64,000 nucleotides of DNA, from the sequence record NC_007623.1; one strand, 5' to 3'. Each line of letters opens with the position of its first letter. Within the stretch, counting starts at the first letter, position 1. Shown here in pieces: positions 36,226 to 47,676 of this stretch. A program made the translations under genes and the position numbers. Below the pieces are notes generated by a model. It was not told where the DNA came from. It ran no database searches and saw only the letters and a program-made list of their open reading frames with translations.

Positions 36226-38418
36226 CTATCTTGCAAGAGGGCGTGTTGCCAAGCGAAGCAGATCTGCCGCTATCGAGTCATTTATCTTAGCCGCGATGTT
36301 GTCAGAACGAATACTGGTCTTAATATCCGTGACCACACCCGTCAGTTGACGGTTCAAACGCGACCACCGCAGAATGGTATCCAGGTAGTCCATCCCTGTG
36401 ATACGACTGGCAAAGTTGTTGAACGCACTGTCATCCGACAGAATACGACTGACCACCGCATTCGGATTAGTAAGATCCAGGATACTAATGGACCGATCAA
36501 TGGGAAGGGTGACCAGGGGTTCCAGATCGGTAATCTGTAAACTGGCCGTCATATTCAACGGTTTACGATCACGAGTCCACCCCGCATCTCCTTCCCCCAG
36601 GGTCAGATCCAATTGAGTCACCAGACCGGTACGGATGATTCCACGAGACTTACAGAAAGCTTTCACGTAGAAGGGGGAGGTATGGGTTCCACCGCCTGAG
36701 GTATTACCGGCCACTAAGGGCAGTAGGAGGGAAATCAATACCCAGATCTTAACAATCTGCTCATACGGGTGTGCGTAGTTACACACTGACTTAATGGTGT
36801 AGGTCTCCGTATGGAGATTGCAGGTGGATTCAGTCCAGTGGTCAGGGATCTTGACGTAACTGTTATTGGCAACAGCCAGGGGGATATTTCCAATAACAGA
36901 CCCTGAAAGGGCTCCCATAGCCGCGTCTTTAACAATGTTAATCAGTCCATCGACAATGGCTAAGCCAGTTTGACCTTTAGCCACATCGAAGGTGAAGTCA
37001 TTGGTAGTGCGAACAATGGAATTGAACTTTTCCGCCATAGGCGATTGCCCAGTGCTATTAGAGAAGGAATCCCGAGTAGCTCCCCCGTTCCCCTCTACGC
37101 GGAAGGTGATCCCATCCATACCACCGGCTACAGCGGTTTTAACGAGGTCGTAAATATCTCCCATCCAGGTACGATCGTTAGGGTTGTCTTCGTAGTAGAA
37201 CTGATCCCCATTGTTAATAGCGGGATTAGCGGTTACTGAGGGGGTAGCGGGAGAGGGGCGTTGAGGCCGTTCGTTGGGGTTTACAGGAGGAGCTGAAGTA
37301 CCATAAGACTCACCCGTTCCCATAGGCTGCATGGTGGAGGTGGGTTGTCCGTCAGGTCCGGTTGGGGGTTGTTCCAGTTCAAGGTTGGCAATTCCATATT
37401 GCTTATTACGTGCAGGGTCGATGTCTTGATAAGCGCCTCGGTTGAGGTAGGCACTGTCTTCTTCAACGTAGTTGGGTTCGTTATCACCCCGGTATTTACC
37501 GACTGTGCTCATTTCCTTTTCAATATACTCTTGAGAAGGTCTGCCAGCGGTTACTGAACGATCGAAGGTGACTTCTTGAAGGATTTGTTTGGCTCGTTCC
37601 AATTTCTGTTGGGGGGAGTTAATTGAAGTGTCGTTGTCCATAGAGGCCAGACGCTCCAACATTACCCGGTGTTTACGCACCCCTTTATTGACCAACCGCA
37701 TGAGGTCAATAGTCCCATCCTGGTTGACGCAATCAGGAAAGAGGGTAGACAAACTGGAAACGACTTTACTGTTGTCGTAATCGGGTTTAAGACCGTACAG
37801 GGGATCGGTCTGTTGCTGGTTCATCTTAGGTAGGATGGGATCGATGTACCCCAGTTTCACCATGAAGTCATTCAGTACACCGGTAGCCACCATGGTGTAC
37901 GCCCCAACCGCAGGCTTAACAGTCCAGAACTGATGCTTGGGGGAATCTGCTAAGAATGCCAGGAATTGGGTGCTGATACTCAACAGCTGCATAGGCCAAA
38001 AGGCAATAGAACCGATGGCTTGTCCCATGTAGAACGACAGACTGGGCGCCCGCCCTTTGTTCGCAATGATAGCCGCTGCGGGAGAGAACATGTTTGTAAT
38101 GAATGACAACAGACCAGCGAACTGAGCCACGCCTGGGGTAATGGTTAAGAGGGTGGCGTTGTTGTCGTAGATCTCTTTATACATGGAGCCGAATCCCCCT
38201 TCTGGGGTGACCATTAACCGTCCGTAACGAGGATCGGTCGCAGGGCTCCATTGAGGCACAGGGTTCACAAAGCGGTTATCCCCTGTTGCACTACTGAAAA
38301 CGTTGAAATATTTGTCCCAATCGAGGATGTCTAATACTTCACTCGGTGGGATACCGCGGGTTAACAGACGGAACGATTTCGTGATAATGTCCCGGTCGCG
38401 TGTCGTCACCTGAGCCAT
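36226..38418 (-). CDS. probable tail/baseplate-associated protein (730 aa; phiKZ gp182-like by synteny)
   Basis: AGGAA RBS before MAQVT; follows the giant tail protein; Pro-rich linker in the middle. Confidence 0.7.
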   Translation of the reverse strand: MAQVTTRDRDIITKSFRLLTRGIPPSEVLDILDWDKYFNVFSSATGDNRFVNPVPQWSPATDPRYGRLMVTPEGGFGSMYKEIYDNNATLLTITPGVAQFAGLLSFITNMFSPAAAIIANKGRAPSLSFYMGQAIGSIAFWPMQLLSISTQFLAFLADSPKHQFWTVKPAVGAYTMVATGVLNDFMVKLGYIDPILPKMNQQQTDPLYGLKPDYDNSKVVSSLSTLFPDCVNQDGTIDLMRLVNKGVRKHRVMLERLASMDNDTSINSPQQKLERAKQILQEVTFDRSVTAGRPSQEYIEKEMSTVGKYRGDNEPNYVEEDSAYLNRGAYQDIDPARNKQYGIANLELEQPPTGPDGQPTSTMQPMGTGESYGTSAPPVNPNERPQRPSPATPSVTANPAINNGDQFYYEDNPNDRTWMGDIYDLVKTAVAGGMDGITFRVEGNGGATRDSFSNSTGQSPMAEKFNSIVRTTNDFTFDVAKGQTGLAIVDGLINIVKDAAMGALSGSVIGNIPLAVANNSYVKIPDHWTESTCNLHTETYTIKSVCNYAHPYEQIVKIWVLISLLLPLVAGNTSGGGTHTSPFYVKAFCKSRGIIRTGLVTQLDLTLGEGDAGWTRDRKPLNMTASLQITDLEPLVTLPIDRSISILDLTNPNAVVSRILSDDSAFNNFASRITGMDYLDTILRWSRLNRQLTGVVTDIKTSIRSDNIAAKINDSIAADLLRLATRPLAR

Positions 38419-38452
38419 CGTGAATAAATTCCTAAGGTTAACTAAAAGAGGC

Positions 38453-38474
38453 GGGGAGTACATCAGTACTCCCC
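38453..38474. terminator. intergenic hairpin
   Basis: GGGGAGTAC-atca-GTACTCCCC. Confidence 0.5.
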
Positions 38475-38486
38475 TATTAAGATGGA

Positions 38487-41400
38487 TCAATTCAAACGGA
38501 CGGTTTTATCGGTTCCCTGATTCACCTGTTTGTCTTGCATCTCCGCCATCCGACCCAGTACCTTGTAGATCTCAGCCAGAATACTGTTCGTATCCGAACT
38601 GTTATCACCCAGTTTACCCAACGAGGCCTTAAGCTCAGCCACCAACGCAGAGTCATCACTACGGGTGGTCGTAAGTGCCTCGGTACCCCGAGGGGACTGA
38701 GGAACAGGTTCAGACGGCGCAGGCGGAACCGGTTGAGGTGCAGAGGGAGGTGGAGAACCCTCATTAGACCTCGGAGTCGAGATCGGAACATCCGTAGCCG
38801 GGTTACCAAAGGTGGGAGTAGGCGTAGGTGGAACGTTCCGTTGCATCGGTCCTACCACACCACCGCCCAGTCCGGTGGTATCCTGTCCATTCACGGACTG
38901 CCCGCCTTGCACAGCGTTAAGGAACTTGTTCGCTGCTTCAGGGGACTTAAAGGCCGCGTGGATATGCCCGCCCGTACCGAGTGCCGTTCGACTGCGGTAT
39001 TCATTGATGACTTGGAATTCCTGAGGGCTTAACCCTGCCCGACGAAGAATATCCGTTACAATGGCAACCGCTTGGTCACTTCCTTGTGCACCATTCACCA
39101 GGGTGAAGTCTAACGCCAGGCCTTTAGGATGAGCGCCTTTAGACCCCTTATTGACGTGGTAGGCGTCATTCAGTGCAGAGAAGTACCGGAAACCCGGAAC
39201 TGTCTGTTGAATGATTTTACCCAGTTCTTCCACAGCAGGGTGGTGTTCACCCCCCGCAATGGCTTCAGGGGATTTCAGGCGCAATCCACTGCTACCCGGT
39301 GTATTGGTGTTAACGATCATCCCACCGTTATCACCTGACCCGTATTGTCCCCCTCCGCCTCCCATGGTTCCATTCAGGGACGGCAGACTACCACCCACAA
39401 CGCCCGGAGCCGGTCTACTGACTTGAGGACGCTGGGGTTCGCTGGGGGCTTCTTGACCGTACAGGTCGGACCCGGTTTGGCTCCCTAACCCACTCCCAGC
39501 CGTTTTATCAGCTGTGGTCAGTTCACCACTTTGTAGTTTCTTCAGGTAATTCAGATAGAGCGCATAGCGCTGAGGCATTTCAGGTAACGGATTACCTCCA
39601 TTCAACCCTGTTGCCGCTCTACCGAAGTCACCGGTTTGGCTAATACTTCTCAAGAGCTTAGAGTTCCTGAAGAAGTTCACCGCAATGGCTGCCATGACGT
39701 TCGGATCGTTACTGGCCAGCTCTGGTCTGTTCTCCAGATCAATACCCAGCTCTTGGCCAACCCTCCGGTAATTAGCGCGACCCGTCAGCTGAATAAACCC
39801 ACGCCCTCGGTAACGGTACCCATCACCGGCTTCCCTGTTCCCTAAGGAAGCACCTTTACCCCCACCGTACACGGTATTGGCGATGGCCACTTCACCGGCT
39901 TGTACGAGCGCTCTCGCTTGTTCCATGCTCTTCACTTCCCTGAAGAGTTGAACCAAGCGTTCCGGACTGCTGTACTTCATGTTCTCAGTGGTCCGGGAAT
40001 AGCCTGAAGACTCGTAGTTGGTAAGGGCGAGCATTTCAGCGATTTCACGAGGGTCCGTAAAGCCTTGTTTCAGCATCTCACGGATGATCAACTGCTCCGC
40101 CAACGGCTTAGGAACACTCACCCCTCGATCCGTTCCTTGGTTCGTACGTACACCGGTCATATCCAAATGACTGGTGTCCGAATCACCCGTAATAGGCGTG
40201 AAACCAAAGGCATTCTCAGGGGTTCTGAACCGACCGTCGCTGCTGTACGTATTCCCAGCGTCTCCGCCAAAGGTACCGTACATCCCTCCTAGAGCAGAAT
40301 CTCTCCGAGACCGGAATTGTTCCGGGGTAGAAACATTCGCTTGTTGGTCGGTGAACCCACCCCCTACCCGGTGAGGACTGATCTTCTCAGCCCAGGTTTG
40401 GGCGTTGGTCTTACCCGCTTCCAATTCAGGGTCTTTGAGTTTAGCTTCTACCGACGCTTCCCCCAAGAGGTTCAACATCCTGTCAACTTTATCCGACCGT
40501 CCGGGAGAGGTTTCCCAGGCGAAGGGTGCTGCTCTCACATTCCACACCGAGATGGTAAAGCCAAAGACGCCATTGACTTGGGTTTGAGTCAGTTCCTTGG
40601 CGATCTCATACCGTGCGGTAGCGGAAAGGGTTCTCCAAACCACACCCGGTAGCCCCCGACGGTATTTCCTCATCAGGGTCATGTAGTTGGTCAGCACCGG
40701 CAGGAACCGATCCCTGAACCACTTGCACCAGGCATCCGCGTACCGATCATCCACCCGGAAGGCGTCCTTGAACCGAGCGAAGAGTTCACCTATGTTGCCC
40801 TTGAACACCATGTCATCCCCTTTCGCCATAAACAGGGATTCACAATGACGTTCCAACTTGAGGACGGCTTCGACTCGCCAGGGGACATCCTTATCGTTCC
40901 CGTAGGTAGCCACCCGGATAGCGGTAAGCATATCCAAGGCTTTACCATCTGGCATCAGGTCTTGGATATAGATCTGGCCGACAACCGCATTGGCGGTATA
41001 CGCTTTCCCTAACCGATCGATTTCACCTTTAACCTCCTTCAGGCGATCGGTGGCCTCCATCTTCTCCCCGAAGTCTTTCCACTGGGTACTCCGGTCTTCC
41101 AGCTTCCGTTCCAGTTGAACCCGTTCCTTCTGAAGGGACTCCAGACTTTGGCCTTTAACCGTAGAGACGGCAAAGGGATCAATGGTGGGATCTTTAGCCC
41201 CGACATACTTCTTAAGGGCATCCAAGAGGTTACCCACCCGGATGATCGTCATTTGTTGATCAAGGAGAGGAGTCTCTTTGTCAATCTTAGCTACGATCTG
41301 GTACGGGGAAGGCACCAACCCACTGAGGGCACTGTGGGCTTGTTTGGCCACTTTGTACACGATTAAGTCAGACGAATCGTCATAGTCCTTCAACGATCGC

Positions 41401-44400
41401 AGTTTAACCGCATCCAAACAGGCCAGGTAGGTCAAGTAAACGGGTTTGAACCGTCCATTGAACCAGGTAAAGACTTCACCAATTTCATTACGGTCTTGAG
41501 GATTGCCTACGAAGAGACGAAGGACTTCCTCAATAGGCGCTTGCTTAGACAGCGACGCGCGCCCATTCCCAATCACCACATGGTCTTTTAGCAGGTTCTC
41601 AACGTTGAGGATTTTAGCCGCCAGGGGACCGTGAGGATCTGAGAGACCGTACTGAACCATCCGTAGTTCAATTTGCTTCCCTTTACCTGAACCAAACAGG
41701 GAATCCCATCCCCATTTAGAAGTCCCCAACATCACCCCAAAGGGACTGTACATCGAAGACCCCAGGGCATCCGTAGTAGGACTCTTTCCTTTGACCTTTT
41801 CCAAAATCCATTTCGCAATGGTCTGTCCACCCAGTAAGCCCGCGGTGGCACCCACTTGTTGGTAAAGACTATTACCGGCTTTACCCACTTTAAGGATTTG
41901 GTCGGTGGTACCGAGTTTCTTCGTTTCTTCGTCAGTAGCGACCTGGTACATTTCGTACGCAGACAATGCACCTGCGCCAATCAAACCGGCGCGTCCTGCA
42001 CCCAGTTTACCCAAGTGTCCGAGTCCACCCAGACCATTCAATAACCCACCGAGTCCACCAGCGACGCCCTTAGCGATAATCGTCAACAGTTTAAGTCCCA
42101 TACGACCGAACTTAAACAATGCACTGAACCCGCTCCAGAGGACCTCAGAACCCAGGAAGCTGGTCAGCCACTCGAAGCCTTTCTTAACACCCCCTACCAA
42201 ACTGCTCAGGAGACCGAAGATACCGAACTTCTTCTTCTTACCGAGTTCTTTCTCATCCTTCATACCGAAACCGAAGTTTTCAGCAATCGAGATGATGGCG
42301 TTCTTAACGGTGTTGTCTTTCTCTTCCTGGAGTTTTTGCGCACGGTCGGCCAGGGAGTTAGCTCGGGTGGCATCATTGGACGACGCTGACCGACGGAACC
42401 GATCGGTGTTGTCCCCTTCCCCCGCTTTTCCTTTAGCGGCTCTAAAGCTCTCCAGGGCGTCTTTAAGCGCTGGATTCTTTTCCATAAGGGCTTCGGTAAG
42501 GGTAAGATCGTTTCGATCTCCTAGGGACCCTGGAGGGCCTTCTGGGCCATCTTGGGAACCTGGTGCCGGGGGAGTGAAGGGATTGGGGCTACCATCCGGT
42601 GAGTTATACCCCCAATGTTTCAAGAGGAGGTAATAGATCCGATCCACGGAATTGACCACTGGAGAGTGATCCGTACTGAACGGATTCTTAACCCGACCCC
42701 CCATGCCTTTCGCATACCCACCTGCGCGGTCTTTCAATTTACCGAAGAGGTCCAACCCGAACTGTCCGGCTTGTCTAAGGCCCGCGCCCAGCTTGTTGAT
42801 ACTGGTCCCCATGGAGGTTTTAAGTCCACGGTCGTATTCTTCAGCCGTGATCAGGGTATTCCCTTCCTTGTCATACACCGGGCCATCGATCTCATCCCAT
42901 CCCTGGAGTTCAACGAACCCGTCTCCACTCCGTTTGAAGTATTGACCTTTACCAAAGCGACTCCCCAGCAAAACCGGTTCGTCTTCACCTTCAATGTAAA
43001 TATCCATCCGGTACAGACGGGTACGAGCTTTATCCCAAAACCCTTTAATGCGGTTAACAGGATCCAGCCAGTTAAAGGCTTTCATAAAGAGATCCCGAAC
43101 CTTATTCAGGCCTTTAAGGAATACTTCCTTGTTGTCTTCGGTAAAGAGTTTACCCGCTAAGCGGCTAGCGCCAATAACGGCTCCATTGGCCAGGTCTTTA
43201 ATACTCCCAGTAATCTGATCCCACCCCTGAATGATCTTCCCGGTGAGCATATCCAGATACTCACCCTTAAAGAGTTTAAAGGATTCAAGGATCGGGGTAT
43301 CAGACCCTTCTTCGTACAGGTCTTCCGTGTTCTCGGCTCGATGAGCAGCCGCTCGGGCACGCAACTTGTTATATGCCATCCCTAGCGCCAAGCCACCTCC
43401 TACCAATGCAGCACCTTTCGGGTTGTAGATCGCCATACCCGCCAATCCACCCAGTAAGCCACCCAGTACCAACGGTTGGTTATCCAGGAGTTTGTCTATT
43501 CCCTTATTAAACAGATCCCCAAACGACGTACTCTTAATCCGTTCCAGAATACTCCGTTTTTGTTGCTGGAGGGTTTCTTCAGCTTCAGGAGTGGGTTTCT
43601 CGTAGGGTTGACGTTCCAAGATCTTGGTGAGGATATCGTTCCGGTTCCCTCCCAGTTCTACCAGTTTACCCAGCAGGCTGTTCCCTTGAGTCACCTGGTC
43701 GTTCAGAGCGGTGAACATCGAAGACGGATCCGTAAGACCCGAACGACTTACACCTCCCTGTTCAATATGTGCCCCGAGTTTATCCAAAGTTTCCCGTACA
43801 CCCTGAAGGGTTTCATTCAACTGAGCGTTCTCAGCTGCAATCATACCTCCGGAGTCTCGACGCCCTCTTCCCCGTCTGCCAAAGGAACGGGTCTTACGCA
43901 CCGCTTCTTCCAGAGGGTTGTCATACACCATAGCACGGTCAGGGTTATCAATGAAGGACTGGAGGACGTTCCGGAAGGTGTCCATATTGACTTCATCGTG
44001 GCCATTTTCAGACTTGATGATGCCAGCTTCTTTCATGACGTTGTAATACCCAGACGAACGCAGCATATCGACGCGCTCGGCAATGTCCGGCATAAACCGA
44101 CCCAGGAGGTTGGATTGTTCCGTTAACTTGGCGGCGCGTTCTCGGGCTTGTTCTGTAGGAAGACGAGCAATAGCGCTCGCCCGGTCCAGGGTACTGCCCT
44201 CCTTAAAGGCCGTAAAGGCTTCCGGGGTAATATCAAAATTCCGTTGGAACAATTCCCGGATTTCATCCGCTACCTGACGGTTTACCCCTTTGGTCTCCAA
44301 GTTCATGTACAGGTACGGACTGAACCCTTTCCGTTTATCCGCATTCTGAACCAGTTGCATCGCCAATACACGGCGGGCTTCGTTGGACAATTCCTTATTG

Positions 44401-46118
44401 GGGTCAATGGAATCCACCAATCGAAGGGACGTATCCGCTTGGGACTTGAATTGGTCTTTATCCATTACCCGGTTAAAGGTATCCGCTACCTTTTGGTTAT
44501 GGCTGACCAACTTACCCCGTACGTAGTCATAACTCGACGCTTTAAGGGTATCATCCCCCGTACGGATCTTTTCAATCGACAAGTGAATGTGGCTGAGCAG
44601 TTCGGGGATCACTTCATTCAGGGTACGGGAGGACTGTTTGTTCCAGATCTCCGGTTCGTGGGCATCCATTAACCCCCGACGTTTTAGGCTGTAACGACTC
44701 CCGGTGGGTTGGTACAACTCATCCAACAACCCCGCCATGCCTTTATTCGCCCCTTTCTTCAGGGTATTAATAACCGTCCATTCCACTTTACCCAAGGGCT
44801 TTTGACCTGAACGGAGCGTACTGAGGTATTGTTCGTAGTCCCCGTCCTCGTCAAACGAGGATCCCCAGTTGTGGTATTCCGAAAGGGTATTGACCATTCC
44901 TTCCGCATTACTGAGGTTATACGACGCTATGTTACCCAAATCCGTGAGTTGCGCGTACGCGTTATCCGCCCATTTCCCCAGTTCCGGGAATTGTTTCTTG
45001 AACTTAGCAACGTATTCCTTTCCCTTACGGGAATTGATCATCCGGGGGAGGTTGCTAATGAACATTTGGGCCGCAACGTTACCCACCATGGTCCCTACGT
45101 TGAGCGGCATGCCTTCCGACATCTCCGCCGCCATGCGCATGGCGCCAATCAGGTCACCTGCACCTCGGATTCCGTCCCCTCGCGCATCCTTACCGAACCG
45201 CTCGTTAATAAACTCACGTATTCCTCCAAAGGAGCCTTTAACCGTATTGAAGACCGATTCCCGAATGCTATTACGCATCGCTTGACTGTGGGTGGTCTTT
45301 TCGTAATCACTCTTAGCGGAGTTCAGGGCAATGGTCTTCAGTTCAGCAATCATCCGGTGATTACTGGCTTCCATGAACTTGTAGAACTTCGCGCTGGTCA
45401 AATAGGAACGGGCCAACAGGTTCACCTTGAGGGTATCATTCCTCAATTGAACTTTACGTTGGTAATTCACCATTTGTTCCAGCAGTTGGTTACTCCGCCC
45501 AATACTCAGGTTCAGGGTATTCAACCCCCCAATGGTGCGGCCACCTACTTCGGTCATCATGGCGGTAATACTTTCACCCACCCCAATGACCGTTTCCCGC
45601 TCTAACAGGGAGTTAGCGTCTTCACTCCCCAGTAGGTCTTTCACATCATTTTCGCCCACATTTTCCATGGACGGGGTGTCACTCGCCGACGACGTATATG
45701 GCTTCCAACTGCTGAAGTCATTTTGACTGAACCGAGTCAGCCCACTGGCTACACCCCCGGTGATCTTATTAGGAGCTATTTTACCTAACTTATCACCACC
45801 CCGTTTAGCCAAGTATTGGAGGTCCACGACTGCATCGTAGCTTTCACGTTTAAGTTCGTCTACGATCTCCCTCCGACGACGGTTAATGTCCGACGCCGTA
45901 GTAAAGGCAGTCCCCCAGGTCTTAGGGAGGACCATCTTCAGGGTGTTCAACCGAGCATCGGTGTCCCCTACTGTCTGATTCACTACACCTGACAAAAACC
46001 CGGTTGCTACCGAACGAATGAACCCCGGTTTCTTCCCATCGAAATCGGTATCGAAATCAATATCCCCAGTAAAGGGATCCTCTCCCCAATCGAAATCATC
46101 GAATGTATTATCCGCCAT
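38487..46118 (-). CDS. giant virion tail (tape-measure-like) protein with C-terminal GH19 glycosidase and M15-like peptidase domains (2543 aa)
   Basis: Helical body with Gly-rich hydrophobic segments; GH19 motif DGYRYRGRGFIQLTGRANY; HPKGLALD (HX6D) plus HIH. Confidence 0.88.
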   Translation of the reverse strand: MADNTFDDFDWGEDPFTGDIDFDTDFDGKKPGFIRSVATGFLSGVVNQTVGDTDARLNTLKMVLPKTWGTAFTTASDINRRRREIVDELKRESYDAVVDLQYLAKRGGDKLGKIAPNKITGGVASGLTRFSQNDFSSWKPYTSSASDTPSMENVGENDVKDLLGSEDANSLLERETVIGVGESITAMMTEVGGRTIGGLNTLNLSIGRSNQLLEQMVNYQRKVQLRNDTLKVNLLARSYLTSAKFYKFMEASNHRMIAELKTIALNSAKSDYEKTTHSQAMRNSIRESVFNTVKGSFGGIREFINERFGKDARGDGIRGAGDLIGAMRMAAEMSEGMPLNVGTMVGNVAAQMFISNLPRMINSRKGKEYVAKFKKQFPELGKWADNAYAQLTDLGNIASYNLSNAEGMVNTLSEYHNWGSSFDEDGDYEQYLSTLRSGQKPLGKVEWTVINTLKKGANKGMAGLLDELYQPTGSRYSLKRRGLMDAHEPEIWNKQSSRTLNEVIPELLSHIHLSIEKIRTGDDTLKASSYDYVRGKLVSHNQKVADTFNRVMDKDQFKSQADTSLRLVDSIDPNKELSNEARRVLAMQLVQNADKRKGFSPYLYMNLETKGVNRQVADEIRELFQRNFDITPEAFTAFKEGSTLDRASAIARLPTEQARERAAKLTEQSNLLGRFMPDIAERVDMLRSSGYYNVMKEAGIIKSENGHDEVNMDTFRNVLQSFIDNPDRAMVYDNPLEEAVRKTRSFGRRGRGRRDSGGMIAAENAQLNETLQGVRETLDKLGAHIEQGGVSRSGLTDPSSMFTALNDQVTQGNSLLGKLVELGGNRNDILTKILERQPYEKPTPEAEETLQQQKRSILERIKSTSFGDLFNKGIDKLLDNQPLVLGGLLGGLAGMAIYNPKGAALVGGGLALGMAYNKLRARAAAHRAENTEDLYEEGSDTPILESFKLFKGEYLDMLTGKIIQGWDQITGSIKDLANGAVIGASRLAGKLFTEDNKEVFLKGLNKVRDLFMKAFNWLDPVNRIKGFWDKARTRLYRMDIYIEGEDEPVLLGSRFGKGQYFKRSGDGFVELQGWDEIDGPVYDKEGNTLITAEEYDRGLKTSMGTSINKLGAGLRQAGQFGLDLFGKLKDRAGGYAKGMGGRVKNPFSTDHSPVVNSVDRIYYLLLKHWGYNSPDGSPNPFTPPAPGSQDGPEGPPGSLGDRNDLTLTEALMEKNPALKDALESFRAAKGKAGEGDNTDRFRRSASSNDATRANSLADRAQKLQEEKDNTVKNAIISIAENFGFGMKDEKELGKKKKFGIFGLLSSLVGGVKKGFEWLTSFLGSEVLWSGFSALFKFGRMGLKLLTIIAKGVAGGLGGLLNGLGGLGHLGKLGAGRAGLIGAGALSAYEMYQVATDEETKKLGTTDQILKVGKAGNSLYQQVGATAGLLGGQTIAKWILEKVKGKSPTTDALGSSMYSPFGVMLGTSKWGWDSLFGSGKGKQIELRMVQYGLSDPHGPLAAKILNVENLLKDHVVIGNGRASLSKQAPIEEVLRLFVGNPQDRNEIGEVFTWFNGRFKPVYLTYLACLDAVKLRSLKDYDDSSDLIVYKVAKQAHSALSGLVPSPYQIVAKIDKETPLLDQQMTIIRVGNLLDALKKYVGAKDPTIDPFAVSTVKGQSLESLQKERVQLERKLEDRSTQWKDFGEKMEATDRLKEVKGEIDRLGKAYTANAVVGQIYIQDLMPDGKALDMLTAIRVATYGNDKDVPWRVEAVLKLERHCESLFMAKGDDMVFKGNIGELFARFKDAFRVDDRYADAWCKWFRDRFLPVLTNYMTLMRKYRRGLPGVVWRTLSATARYEIAKELTQTQVNGVFGFTISVWNVRAAPFAWETSPGRSDKVDRMLNLLGEASVEAKLKDPELEAGKTNAQTWAEKISPHRVGGGFTDQQANVSTPEQFRSRRDSALGGMYGTFGGDAGNTYSSDGRFRTPENAFGFTPITGDSDTSHLDMTGVRTNQGTDRGVSVPKPLAEQLIIREMLKQGFTDPREIAEMLALTNYESSGYSRTTENMKYSSPERLVQLFREVKSMEQARALVQAGEVAIANTVYGGGKGASLGNREAGDGYRYRGRGFIQLTGRANYRRVGQELGIDLENRPELASNDPNVMAAIAVNFFRNSKLLRSISQTGDFGRAATGLNGGNPLPEMPQRYALYLNYLKKLQSGELTTADKTAGSGLGSQTGSDLYGQEAPSEPQRPQVSRPAPGVVGGSLPSLNGTMGGGGGQYGSGDNGGMIVNTNTPGSSGLRLKSPEAIAGGEHHPAVEELGKIIQQTVPGFRYFSALNDAYHVNKGSKGAHPKGLALDFTLVNGAQGSDQAVAIVTDILRRAGLSPQEFQVINEYRSRTALGTGGHIHAAFKSPEAANKFLNAVQGGQSVNGQDTTGLGGGVVGPMQRNVPPTPTPTFGNPATDVPISTPRSNEGSPPPSAPQPVPPAPSEPVPQSPRGTEALTTTRSDDSALVAELKASLGKLGDNSSDTNSILAEIYKVLGRMAEMQDKQVNQGTDKTVRLN

Positions 46119-46148
46119 TGTTAATGCACTCCCGCATAAGGAAACCGT

Positions 46149-47591
46149 ATGAAACCGACTAACATTACCCTCTTAGACCCCCGGACGATTGTTCCGGGTG
46201 TCTTTAAACCTATTACGTCTACAGACTCATTTGAAGGGATGACCCAGAACCTCAATGATGACGGTCTCTTCTCCCTTGACATCTTCGGTAAACTGGGTAG
46301 TAAACAACGTGATAACACGGAAGCGTATATCGACGTTAAACTTCCCATCTTCAATCCCACTTACCTAAAAGCCCTTATACAGATCAAAAGTCTGTATCAT
46401 TCAATTTTGAAAGGGTCGGAATACGCGGTATGGGATCCCGAACTGAAGGATTTCATAAAATCGAACATCCTGGAAGGGGAAAAGGGTTTCGCCTTCTTCC
46501 TGAAACACTTCGATGAAACCGTCTTCTCCCTGACCCCCTCTCATAAACGCAAACAACGGGTAGAACTGGCGAACCAATTCCGTAACACGGCGTTAACGGA
46601 TAAGGTCCTGGTCATCCCCGCGGGTCTCAGGGATATCCAATTCAATCCAGATGGTTCCCACACCGAACCTGAAATCACTGAATTCTACCGCGCCTTAATG
46701 TTCCGGGTGAGAGTGATCCTCGGGAATAAGGAAGATGCCCTGAACCCCCTTTACGATACCGTTCGGTGGGGGGTACAGAATGCTTTCTTGGAATTGGATA
46801 ATTACCTCTTTGGTTTACTCCAGGGGAAAGGGGGTGTTCTCCAGCGTCGTATGTCCACCCGAGGGGTTCACAACAGCACCCGGAACGTCATTACCGCCCG
46901 TAAAGTCTCCAGGACACGTTTAGACTTCGACGACGGTGTAGGTCCTAACTCTGCGGACATGGGACTCTACCAAGCCCTGCTGAACTTCCCTTATGTCTGC
47001 ATCAATGCGTTAACCAACGGCTACCTTTCCAACATCTTCACCCCCAGCTCTCAAACCGCTAAGCTGGTGAATACCAAGACCCTGGAATACGAATACGCTG
47101 AAGTCTCCCCTGAGGTGGTAGAGAAATGGACCACCGCCACCGGGTTAATGAAACTCTTCAACGGGTTTGCCGATCCCTCCTTACGGAGTAAACCCATTGT
47201 CATTGAGTGGAAATACTTAGCCCTCATTTATGATGATGGGACTGATGTGTGTGTTCTCCATGACATCAACGATCTCCCTCAAGGGAAAGACCGTAAATGG
47301 GTGAAACCTATCACCTACATGGAACTCTTCTACTTGAGTTGCCACAGTGTCATCGAAGAACAGATTACAGGACAAACCCGGTATCCCATTACGGGGATTG
47401 GCTCTATCTTCCCGGCTAAGGTTAACCTACGTACCACCACCAATGCGAGCCAGCGGGTCATTCGTAATCCGATTGATTGGAGTGTGCGGGAAACCTGTAA
47501 ACGGTTCCCTAAACGTGAAGCCCACCCCGATTACTTCGATGCCATGTCCGTAGACCCCTCTAGAGAAGCTTTGCTCGACAGTGACCATGAT
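46149..47591 (+). CDS. rpoC: virion RNA polymerase beta-prime N-terminal subunit, exon 1 (phiKZ gp180-like)
   Basis: DGLFSLDIFG, VLVIPAGLRD, LQGKGGVLQRR, RYP; ends in DSDHD, the first half of the catalytic motif. Confidence 0.93.
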
Positions 47592-47621
47592 TAGATAGTG
47601 ATGCATGATATAAACTCACTA

Positions 47622-47673
47622 TACAACTCCTATTGTATGCGGAAGTGTTCGCATTCGACCATAAGGAGTTGTA
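47622..47673 (+). promoter_or_regulatory. hairpin sequestering the HNH ribosome-binding site, with internal TATG
   Basis: TACAACTCCT (47622-31) is perfectly complementary to AGGAGTTGTA (47664-73), which includes the Shine-Dalgarno. Confidence 0.7.
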
Positions 47674-47676
47674 AAG

